Shown one piece after another: positions 28,944 through 37,038 of a DNA stretch of 64,000 bases; position 1 is the first letter of the stretch, and every line of letters starts with the position of its first letter. Where the stretch lies: assembly GCA_963786955.1 (NCBI GenBank), contig CAWBAT010000008.1:480001-544000 (forward strand). The letters are read 5' to 3'. Position numbers and translations under genes: made by a program. Source of the stretch: an uncultured Acidimicrobiia bacterium (GTDB lineage: Bacteria; Acidobacteriota; Terriglobia; Versatilivoradales; Versatilivoraceae). The notes below the pieces were generated by a model. That model was not told where the DNA came from. It ran no database searches and worked only from the letters and a program-made list of their open reading frames with translations.

Positions 28944-29852
28944 ATGCCTAAAGCTGAACCTTGGCGTTATGAAAAGCTCACCTGGCCGGAAATCAACCAG
29001 GCCATCCTGGCCAAAAAAGTTGTGCTCGTACCCATCGGCTCCACAGAGCAACATGGATATCACCTGCCCTTGGATGTAGACGTGGTCTGTCCTACCGGCA
29101 TTGCCCATGCCGCAGCCCGACTCATCCCTGACGAGATTTTGGTGATGCCGCCCCTTGTGCATGGCTATACGGCTCACGTGATGGATTTTCCGGGAACGAT
29201 CAACATCCACTGGGAGCATTTCATCAACTTTGTCTTGGATGTGGGCAAGAGTCTTGCGTACCACGGATTCAAGAAAATCGTCCTGCTCAACGGCCACGGC
29301 TCAAATATTCCCAATCTTGACCTGGCGGCCCGTCGGATTAATCTGGAAACCGACGCCGAATGTATTGCCAGTTCTTGGTGGATGATGCTTACGGTGGATA
29401 AGAACTTCATGCCATCCTGGCGAGAAAGTAAGTTCCCGGGAGGTTGTGCACATGCTTGCGAGCTGGAAACCTCGGTTTATCTCTATTTGGACGAGGACAA
29501 TGTGCGTAAAGATCAGATCGAAGACGGGGAGATTGCCTTTCACGTAAAGAATCGCTCGGACTTTCAATGGGTTGACCTTTTCAGCGCAGGCCCTGGTACC
29601 GCTGTTTCCTGGACAGCCTCCTACACCGACAGTGGGGTTTTGGGGCAAGCCACCCTTGCAACAAAACAGAAAGGTGAACAAGTGGTGAAAGAGGCGGCAG
29701 GGCAGCTGGCCAGGATGATTACTGAGTTTCGGGGCAGACCGAAGCCAGACCGAGGTGATCACCATGCAGCAAAACCGACAATGCCGATGCCCTGGCAGCA
29801 AGATGAATTACCAACGAGACCTGGCAATGTGCATTTTAAGTCAACTAAATGA
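28944..29852 (+). CDS. Creatininase / MftE family amidohydrolase
   Basis: STEQHGYHLPLDVD, NGHGSN and HACELETS metal motifs. Confidence 0.92.
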   Translation: MPKAEPWRYEKLTWPEINQAILAKKVVLVPIGSTEQHGYHLPLDVDVVCPTGIAHAAARLIPDEILVMPPLVHGYTAHVMDFPGTINIHWEHFINFVLDVGKSLAYHGFKKIVLLNGHGSNIPNLDLAARRINLETDAECIASSWWMMLTVDKNFMPSWRESKFPGGCAHACELETSVYLYLDEDNVRKDQIEDGEIAFHVKNRSDFQWVDLFSAGPGTAVSWTASYTDSGVLGQATLATKQKGEQVVKEAAGQLARMITEFRGRPKPDRGDHHAAKPTMPMPWQQDELPTRPGNVHFKSTK

Positions 29853-29988
29853 AGATTTGCTCTTGGGACGTCTGCCGCTGAGAAGGGAAGACCGCAGCGG
29901 GCTCTAATCAGGCCTGTCGCGGTGCAAGCGAAATGTTGCTGGAACCTTTCCATCGTCGGTTAAAGACACCCAAAAAGGTAACCAACAG

Positions 29989-31329
29989 ATGCGTAAATAT
30001 CCAAAATCCGCAATGATTCTGAAGCACAACAGCCGTTTCATTCCTGGAGGAGTGTCATCCATCACGCGTATGGTCAAGCCTGAAATCGCCTTCGTCAAGG
30101 GCCAAGGCGCTTACCTGTGGGATGCCGAGGGAAACCGCTACATCGATTACCACGCAGCATTTGCTCCGCACGTCCTCGGGCACAATGATCCCGAGGTTAC
30201 CGAAGCGGTAGTTCATGTTCTGCGTAGCTCTGCCAGTCTCTACGGTTCCGGCGCCACCGAATTGGAGGGAGAGTTGGCTGAGCTGATTTGTTCGAACGTT
30301 CCCGCGGCAGAATCGGTCGAACTATTGAATACCGGCAGCGAGGCCACCGCGCAAGCGATTCGTTTGGCGCGGGCGGCTACTGGCCGCGACCATGTGATCG
30401 TGATGCAGGGGGATTACAATGGTTGGCATAACGACGTCTCCTGCAATCTGATGACTCCCTTGAGTGAGCTTGGGCCGCGAGTCTCGCCGGGAGAGTATCC
30501 CTATATCTCGATCAGCGCCGGTGTACCGGAAGCCCACAAGCGACTGGTTCATCCCATCAATTTCAACGACCTTGCCTCGGTGGAATACGTCTGTGAGCAG
30601 CGAGAAGTGGCTGCCTTAATTACGGAACCTGTTCTGCAGAACATCGGTATCGTCAAGCCCGACCCGGGATACCTGGAAGGACTTCGAAGATTAGCTGACC
30701 GCTATGGGTTCGTCTTGATCTTTGATGAGGTCAAGACGGGCTTTCGGCATTCAGTGGGGGGCTACAGCTCTTTGTGCGGTGTGATTCCGGATTTGATCGC
30801 GTTTGGAAAGGCCGTGGCCAATGGCTACCCAATGGGAGTGCTGGCTGGAAAACGAGCGCTGCTGGACGGGTTTGTCCATCCTGACCCGGCCAAACGGGTA
30901 TTGCTGGCTGGTACTTACAACGGTCACCCGGTGCCCGTTGCTGCCGCGATTGCGACCATCAAGATTCTTTTGAAGAATGATGGTTACGTGTATCGCCATC
31001 TCGAAGCTTTGAGTTCTCGAATGGAAGAGGGACTCCGAGAGATCATACGCACTCTGGGCCTAACTGCGGTTGTTTCGCGGCAAGGTTCGGCCTTTTGCCT
31101 ATACTTCATGAACCATCTCCCGCGAGACTGGCATGACCTGGCAGAAAACCATAACTTTGGGCTGGATGAAAACCTGCGCCAGGCTTTGATCGAAAACGGA
31201 GTGTATTTCTATCCGCTGGCGATCAAGCAATGCTCGATTTCGTTTGCTCACACTGAGTCCGACATTGATGCCACGCTAAGCCAAATGGAAATCGCGTTGC
31301 GGCCCCTTGCTCAAGAATCGGCGCACTGA
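29989..31329 (+). CDS. Class III PLP aminotransferase (glutamate-1-semialdehyde aminomutase-like)
   Basis: NTGSEA, YNGWH, FDEVKTGFR, FGKAVANG (PLP Lys) and GTYNG motifs. Confidence 0.9.
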   Translation: MRKYPKSAMILKHNSRFIPGGVSSITRMVKPEIAFVKGQGAYLWDAEGNRYIDYHAAFAPHVLGHNDPEVTEAVVHVLRSSASLYGSGATELEGELAELICSNVPAAESVELLNTGSEATAQAIRLARAATGRDHVIVMQGDYNGWHNDVSCNLMTPLSELGPRVSPGEYPYISISAGVPEAHKRLVHPINFNDLASVEYVCEQREVAALITEPVLQNIGIVKPDPGYLEGLRRLADRYGFVLIFDEVKTGFRHSVGGYSSLCGVIPDLIAFGKAVANGYPMGVLAGKRALLDGFVHPDPAKRVLLAGTYNGHPVPVAAAIATIKILLKNDGYVYRHLEALSSRMEEGLREIIRTLGLTAVVSRQGSAFCLYFMNHLPRDWHDLAENHNFGLDENLRQALIENGVYFYPLAIKQCSISFAHTESDIDATLSQMEIALRPLAQESAH

Positions 31330-31433
31330 AGTCTGGCCCGGGAGCCCGATGCGTGGTTCTTGCCTGACTCTGATATTTTTTGACAGCAGCGAGTCGTCCT
31401 TTGCTAAAACCTTGGCGGCGAAACGATTAACCC

Positions 31434-32504
31434 ATGGCTCTCTGGAATCGTCGGGAATTTGTTGCGTTGGGAGTGGGCACGATCACAACGGCCATCACCC
31501 AAGACTCCCCAACCGCAACAACCAGCGACAGCAAAAATCGTGCGGCAGTGCTGGGAATCGGACACGCTCATGCGGCAGCTAAAACCAAAGTGCTTCGTGA
31601 CTCACTTGATTTCGAGCTGGTAGGAGTCTGCGAACCAAATGAAAAGCTTCGACGGCAATACGGTGGAGAGCCTGCCTACCAGGGAGTTCGGTGGCTTTCC
31701 ATCAATGAACTGTTGGACGACCCTTCAGTGCAGCTGGTTGCGGTGGAATCTCTCGTCCAAGAAAACTTGGCCTATGCCAAACAGGCCATCGAAGCAGGTA
31801 AACACATCCACCTCGATAAGCCCCCGGGGAATGACTTGGAGAGACTGCGTTCTCTTCTGAGTGAGGCTGACCGCCGACAACTCGCGGTTCAAATGGGATA
31901 CATGTGGCGCTACCACCCAGGAGTTCAAGCGGCCATTGAAGCGGCACGAAAAGGTTGGCTGGGGGAAGTTTATTTATTTCGCGGCATCATTTGCTCTGAA
32001 ATCGCTCCTGCAGCCAGGGCGGCTCTGGCCCTATTTCCCGGGGGGATGATGTTTGAACTCGGATGTCATCTAATCGACAGGATGGTAGACCTCCTGGGGC
32101 GTCCTTCCAAGGTCTCCCCGTTCCTTCGTCATGACAGCTCCTACAAAGACAAGCTTGAAGACAGCACACTGGCTGTTTACGAATATGATCGTGCCCTGGC
32201 AGAAATTTACAGCACGGCACAGCAACCCTCAGGGGGGAATCACAGGCTCCTTCAGATTCAGGGAACGAACGGAACTGTAACACTTCAGCCTATTGAACCT
32301 CCGTCCCTTGAATTTGATTTGAAATCTGCTGCAGGACCCTACCGGACAGGTTGGCAGAAGGTTGAAATACCCAGTGGAGCCAGATACGTTGCCGATTTTC
32401 GAGAAATGGCCCAGATAGTCCGCAAGCAACGATCTCCGTCATTTTCTTCCAAGCACGACTTGATCGTACAGGAGACTTTGTTGCGATCCTGTGGCGTTCT
32501 TTGA
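31434..32504 (+). CDS. Tat-exported Gfo/Idh/MocA oxidoreductase
   Basis: NRREFV Tat motif; GIGHAHA, HLDKP and ELGCHLID motifs. Confidence 0.9.
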   Translation: MALWNRREFVALGVGTITTAITQDSPTATTSDSKNRAAVLGIGHAHAAAKTKVLRDSLDFELVGVCEPNEKLRRQYGGEPAYQGVRWLSINELLDDPSVQLVAVESLVQENLAYAKQAIEAGKHIHLDKPPGNDLERLRSLLSEADRRQLAVQMGYMWRYHPGVQAAIEAARKGWLGEVYLFRGIICSEIAPAARAALALFPGGMMFELGCHLIDRMVDLLGRPSKVSPFLRHDSSYKDKLEDSTLAVYEYDRALAEIYSTAQQPSGGNHRLLQIQGTNGTVTLQPIEPPSLEFDLKSAAGPYRTGWQKVEIPSGARYVADFREMAQIVRKQRSPSFSSKHDLIVQETLLRSCGVL

Positions 32505-32506
32505 AG
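32382..32506 (+). repeat. 125 bp direct repeat, copy 1 (3' end of the Gfo/Idh/MocA gene)
   Basis: Matches 35499..35623 with 6 mismatches by my count. Confidence 0.92.
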
Positions 32507-32598
32507 AAAACAAGAACAAAGGGCAGGGGAGTGTCCGGCAGATACAGTGGATTCTCTTATGTCCTACCGAACCAATCGACAAAGATAACATTAAGTGA

Positions 32599-32856
32599 AC
32601 CTGGTCTGGTTGGGAGGCTGAAACGCCATTTCGCACCGGAGTAGAATTGCAGCTCAGAGGTGCTGTGAGTCGAGAGGCGCTTGAGGGAAGTCCCTGGCAG
32701 GGATCTGGTGGTGAAGAGACCTACGATTTTGTGTCTGGCGCCACCTTAAACAGGCCCAAAGGAACCGGAGCTTGGATTCACTACAAAGCGACGTTAATCA
32801 GCCCGGATACTATAAACACACCAGGACTACAAGTTGTTTCACTGGATTACCGATAG
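32599..32856 (+). pseudogene. C-terminal remnant of a larger gene (beta-sandwich tail of the type seen on FG-GAP/VCBS-repeat proteins)
   Basis: Reads WEAETPFRTGVELQLR...PW.G.....WIHYKATLISPD..NTP.L..V.LDYR*. An in-frame stop lies just upstream and there is no good start. Family call is from memory. Confidence 0.5.
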
Positions 32857-32903
32857 AGTCCAGTCCAGCGGGATTCCATTCGTTAACCATTCTACCGAAG
32901 ATC

Positions 32904-34085
32904 ATGAGTCTGGCCTGCACGGAAGCACCATCAACACTGAGCACAGTCGGGGAATCATTTCGGCTTTCTGCTTATCTGCAAATCAGCGCGTTGGTCAGTC
33001 TTTCCATATGGATGCTCTTGCTGCTACCTGGCTTCCTTTTCCAAAAAGGCTGGACGTCACAAAGAATCGGTTGGGCCATGGGATCTTACTTTAGCGTCTA
33101 TCTCCTGGTGCAGATTCTGGCTGGACAGTTTGCCGACCGCTACGGAAATATTACGACTGCCTTGATTGGTGCCTCCCTGGGTATTATGGGAGGCCTGACC
33201 TACCTGCTGGCGGTAAAGTGGGCCAATTTCATTTTTGTGGCGCGAACGCTCCATGGTTCTGGCGCTGCAATGGTTACTGCAGGTGCACTCTTTCACTTGG
33301 TCGATTCAGTTCCTTCCCACCTGAAGGGCCGCATGATCGGGTACTTTGGTCTCCCCGGATTTGTCATGTTGGCAGGAGGACCGTTACTAGCCGAGCTCCT
33401 TGAGAAGTATGGCGGGTTTCGTGGACCATTTGTGGCAATTACGGTCATTTTCGGGAGTATACTCTGGCTTGTTCGCCGACTGCCCGAATCCCTCCAGAGG
33501 CAGGATCTTCCTGCCGAGTCTTTTGCGCACGGCTTCAGGCAGAATTTCTTCAAGTTGAAAGGGATTCTGGCGTTCTCTTTGGTCTTCGGATTTTGCTTCT
33601 CAGCATGGCAAAGCTTTCTCGCACCTGCCGCTAACTCTCTAGGAGTCGGCGCTGTATCTTCTTTCGGTTTTGGATACGGTGCCGGCGCAGTGGTCACGCG
33701 CTTAGGAATCAGCCAGCGACTCGAAACCCAACGCAGGCGAATAGTGGCCATCGCAGGCCTGATTGTTTACGGAGCGTGTCTGGCTCTTATCCCTCATGCA
33801 CTCACTGTGTGGCAGCTAGGGATCCTGGGGTTTTTGAGCGGGATGGGGCACGGTGTCTATTACCCTGCTCTGACTTCGATTGCCGCAGAGCGCTTCCATT
33901 CTTCGGGGACAGGGAGTGCAATGAGCCTTTACATTTCGGCTTCGAGTCTGGGCCTGTTTGTTGGACCTCCTTTCTGGGGTTTCCTGGCCGACCGAACAGG
34001 ATACGGTTGTGTTTTCGCTAGCGCCGGCGCAACCCTCGCGGGGGCGACGCTGCTCTTCATCATTCTTGAAACTAGGGGCCAATGA
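32904..34085 (+). CDS. MFS transporter
   Basis: About 12 hydrophobic segments; motif A GQFADRYG and GFLADRTG. Start uncertain. Confidence 0.88.
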   Translation: MSLACTEAPSTLSTVGESFRLSAYLQISALVSLSIWMLLLLPGFLFQKGWTSQRIGWAMGSYFSVYLLVQILAGQFADRYGNITTALIGASLGIMGGLTYLLAVKWANFIFVARTLHGSGAAMVTAGALFHLVDSVPSHLKGRMIGYFGLPGFVMLAGGPLLAELLEKYGGFRGPFVAITVIFGSILWLVRRLPESLQRQDLPAESFAHGFRQNFFKLKGILAFSLVFGFCFSAWQSFLAPAANSLGVGAVSSFGFGYGAGAVVTRLGISQRLETQRRRIVAIAGLIVYGACLALIPHALTVWQLGILGFLSGMGHGVYYPALTSIAAERFHSSGTGSAMSLYISASSLGLFVGPPFWGFLADRTGYGCVFASAGATLAGATLLFIILETRGQ

Positions 34086-34398
34086 GATTGGAAAAGCGGC
34101 CCAACCCGGCGTGAGCTCGTTGGGATTCTGACGGCATTCCTGGAAAATCAACACACCAGAAGAAATGTTCTCATTGCGCCTCTCATTAAGGGACGTCTCC
34201 GCGCGAGTCATCTTCAGAGCTTTTTGGGAAGGAGTGCAGGCGTTTATTGCGGACAGCTTGACTTGGTCGATGAGAGCAGTCATCCGAATCTCAAACGCAC
34301 CCGAAAGGAGAGAAATTGGCGAATGACTCAGAGAAGTTCCTGGATTTTGATTTCATCACGCTCTTCCTGAGCCAGAAAGCCATCGAGGAGGATTCAAT

Positions 34399-35490
34399 AT
34401 GGAAAATTCATTGACGAACAACGCCAGTCGCGTCCGGGTCATTAAGGCGCTGAATTTCGAAAAGCCCGATCGGATTCCCCATCACGACGACTTTTGGCGA
34501 CAGTTTGTAGACCGGTGGAGGATGGAAAAAAGTCTGGGAGCGGAGGCGGACATTGAGGACTACTACGACGTGGACATCCGAATCTCGACTCCCGCGGAAG
34601 AAGGATGGCCCAGCCAGGCTGGGGTTGTGAAAGAGGAGGAAGGTTACGTCATTTACCGCAATGGTTGGGGTATGTTGCAACGCCAGTTGGCTCACTCCTT
34701 CGGAGAAATGCGCCACGGCTTTTTCGGACAGGAGTTGCAGGTGGTCTGTCAGGAAAAAATCGATCCAGACAAGCTGGAATTTGAATCTCCCCACGACGAT
34801 GGTCGTTATGAGTGGACAAGCCGGTTCGTCCGCAGAAACGCCGATCGGTTTGCGATTTTCGGGAAGGTGGGCGGACCCTACATGCGGACCGGTCAGCTTC
34901 GAGGAACTGAACAATGGTTAATGGATCTGGCCGAAGATCCCGAATATGCTCGCGACCTGGCCTCCAAAGTCGCGGATCATCTGATTCAGATCGGTTTGGA
35001 ACAACTTCGGCGCGACAATCTGAGCACGACTGGACTGTGGATCTTCGATGATATTGCGGGCAATCAGGGAATGGTTATGAGTCCCCGCAGCTACGAGAAA
35101 ATCTTTTACCCATCTCTGGTCAAAATGGTCAAGACCTGGAAGGCGGCGGGTGCGGCAAAAGTTCTGATGCACTCCGACGGCAACATCGAAGCTGTGTTGG
35201 ATCTGTTCGTCGCAGCCGGAATCGACGCAGTCAATCCTGTCGAGCCGAAGGCGGGCATGAATCTCGAGCGGCTGCGGAAGAAATACGACGGGAAGCTGGC
35301 CTTTATTGGGGGAATGTGTAATGCACGAGTTTTGCCTCAAGGTTCTCGGGAGGAGATTGTCAGACACGTCCAAAGTATTCTCGAATTAGGAAAAGAGGGA
35401 GGCGTTGTCTTAGCAGCTCATTCTATTGGCTCCGACATCTCAATCGAACATTTCGATTGGGCCATGGAGGCCTATTACAAGTACCGCTGA
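34399..35490 (+). CDS. Uroporphyrinogen decarboxylase-like (URO-D/MtaA superfamily) protein, not canonical HemE
   Basis: RV..ALNFEKPDRIP, FDDIAG, MHSDG and AHSI motifs. Lacks the HemE MRQAGR signature. RBS gaggagg. Confidence 0.85.
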   Translation: MENSLTNNASRVRVIKALNFEKPDRIPHHDDFWRQFVDRWRMEKSLGAEADIEDYYDVDIRISTPAEEGWPSQAGVVKEEEGYVIYRNGWGMLQRQLAHSFGEMRHGFFGQELQVVCQEKIDPDKLEFESPHDDGRYEWTSRFVRRNADRFAIFGKVGGPYMRTGQLRGTEQWLMDLAEDPEYARDLASKVADHLIQIGLEQLRRDNLSTTGLWIFDDIAGNQGMVMSPRSYEKIFYPSLVKMVKTWKAAGAAKVLMHSDGNIEAVLDLFVAAGIDAVNPVEPKAGMNLERLRKKYDGKLAFIGGMCNARVLPQGSREEIVRHVQSILELGKEGGVVLAAHSIGSDISIEHFDWAMEAYYKYR

Positions 35491-35498
35491 GGCCCTGG

Positions 35499-35623
35499 AG
35501 ATACGTTGCCAATTTTCGAGAAATGGCGCAGATAATCCGCAAGCAACGATCTTCGTCATTTTCTTCCAAGCACGACTTGATCGTGCAGGAGACTTTGTTG
35601 CGATCCAGTGGCGTTCTTTGAAG
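35499..35623 (+). repeat. 125 bp direct repeat, copy 2 (orphan copy of the Gfo/Idh/MocA 3' end)
   Basis: Matches 32382..32506. Confidence 0.92.
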
Positions 35624-35653
35624 GAGACAAAACCAAAAAGGTAACTGAAGAAT

Positions 35654-36475
35654 ATGTCCAATCAGAATCGACTACGACAGGGGCTCGGCTGCAGCTTGTT
35701 AGGCCTCGTTTTCTCCTCTAGCTTGCTGGGGGCGGAGACTGGAACCGTTCCTGGCATTCAGGTTTTCAAAGTGACTGACGGGGTGCCCTTCAGGATGGGT
35801 AAAGTGGACTCACGGCGGATTCTTCATCCGGATATGGGCGCCAGGAAACTCACATTGAATTATGCCGTTTCGCAACCCGGGCATGAATTTCCGCAGCACG
35901 TCCACGATTACTCTGATGACACATTTCTCGTTTTACAGGGACAAGTGGACGTGCGCCAGGGAGATTCCCGGCTGCCGTTATACACTGGACAGGCAGCCTT
36001 TGTCCCCTCGGGTCAGATTCACGGCACCATTACCACGGGGACGGGAACAGCCATTCTGATCAGCTTCCAGTGTCCGCCCGATAGGGCGCTTTACTCAGGA
36101 GATCGGGACTCTTCCCGGCCGGGAGCCACTCCGCCCAAAGGCACGATTACACCAGGTGCAGTAAAGCTATTGGATTTTTCCAACCAGAACGGCTTCTTCG
36201 TATATCCAGCAATGGGCTCAAAGCGAGTTGCCGTGGCGCATCGAAAGCTGAAACCTGGCGAGAAGTTCTCGACAGACGTAGCGGAGGACGAGGAACAGAT
36301 GCTGTTCGTATGGAAAGGTGGTCTCACAGTAAGATCACAGCAAGGGATCTATGAGGTTGGGGAGAGAGAAACGGTATTCATCTCGGGCAGAAACAGCTTG
36401 GAGGTCCAAAACAACTCCTCTGTTCAAGCTATCGTCATTCAGGTCCAGGCCCCACCACATTCTGGTTGGAAGTAG
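35654..36475 (+). CDS. Exported bicupin protein
   Basis: Signal peptide; cupin motifs PQHVH..SDD...VLQG and VPSGQIHG. The second cupin domain lacks His ligands. Confidence 0.85.
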   Translation: MSNQNRLRQGLGCSLLGLVFSSSLLGAETGTVPGIQVFKVTDGVPFRMGKVDSRRILHPDMGARKLTLNYAVSQPGHEFPQHVHDYSDDTFLVLQGQVDVRQGDSRLPLYTGQAAFVPSGQIHGTITTGTGTAILISFQCPPDRALYSGDRDSSRPGATPPKGTITPGAVKLLDFSNQNGFFVYPAMGSKRVAVAHRKLKPGEKFSTDVAEDEEQMLFVWKGGLTVRSQQGIYEVGERETVFISGRNSLEVQNNSSVQAIVIQVQAPPHSGWK

Positions 36476-36625
36476 GCATCAGTGGCATGTTCTGATTCAA
36501 AAGGAAGACGAGTCGGTCGTGGCTGAAGTGCCGTTGACTAAACAAAAAGCCAACAATGACGTCGAAAAGTTGACGATCAAGCTTGAGAAGCAAGGCAAAC
36601 GCACTACCAAATGGTGCTTTTGGAA
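36476..36625 (+). pseudogene. Possible remnant of a DUF2911-like gene 3' end
   Basis: Reads QWHVLIQ..ESVVAEVPL.K....DVEKLTIKLEK with no own start. Resemblance is from memory only. Confidence 0.3.
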
Positions 36626-36636
36626 AGGAACGCATC

Positions 36637-37038
36637 CTACTTCTTGAAATAGGCTGCGGCGGCTTCGCGAACGAACCGGGCACATCGATGAGCCTTAAAG
36701 TCTTGTTCCAATATGTCAGCCAGCTTTTCCAACTCGACCTGACTGGCTCGCCCAGGCCGGAGCGCATTGTAAATCAGCAGGATTCGTTCTTCTGGCAGCT
36801 CGGCGAGTTCTGCGGCACGTCTGAAATTCTCGGCCAGTTGCGGTCTGCCAGCGGTTGCGGCCAGTTGAGCTTGAAGCTCCAGCGCCTCTGCCGTAACCCG
36901 CAAGTCTGACATGGCCACCTTTCCTTCAAGAACTGCCTCTAACGTGACATCCTGAAACGCCTGACCTGAAGGCGTTCTCAATCGCTCGGGCTGTTTCTCA
37001 GATAGCGGATAATTCGGGACAATCGGTTTCTCTTTCAT
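36637..37038 (-). CDS. pduE: B12-dependent diol/glycerol dehydratase small (gamma) subunit
   Basis: YPL.EK.PE...TPSG, DLRVT...LELQAQ.A, QLAENFRRAAEL, IYNALRP.R and FVREAA motifs. Confidence 0.93.
   Translation of the reverse strand: MKEKPIVPNYPLSEKQPERLRTPSGQAFQDVTLEAVLEGKVAMSDLRVTAEALELQAQLAATAGRPQLAENFRRAAELAELPEERILLIYNALRPGRASQVELEKLADILEQDFKAHRCARFVREAAAAYFKK

Noticed and set aside
28944-29852. Mycofactocin/RiPP cluster suggested by the MftE-like gene
   Set aside because: No radical SAM enzyme, RRE protein or precursor peptide nearby.
34086-34398. Possible gene remnant or mobile-element end inside the repeat-flanked cassette
   Set aside because: No terminal inverted repeats, transposase or integrase motifs, or recognisable protein similarity.
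29989-35490. Tetrapyrrole biosynthesis (hemL + hemE)
   Set aside because: The URO-D-like protein lacks the HemE MRQAGR motif, the aminotransferase is only family-level similar, and no other hem genes are present.
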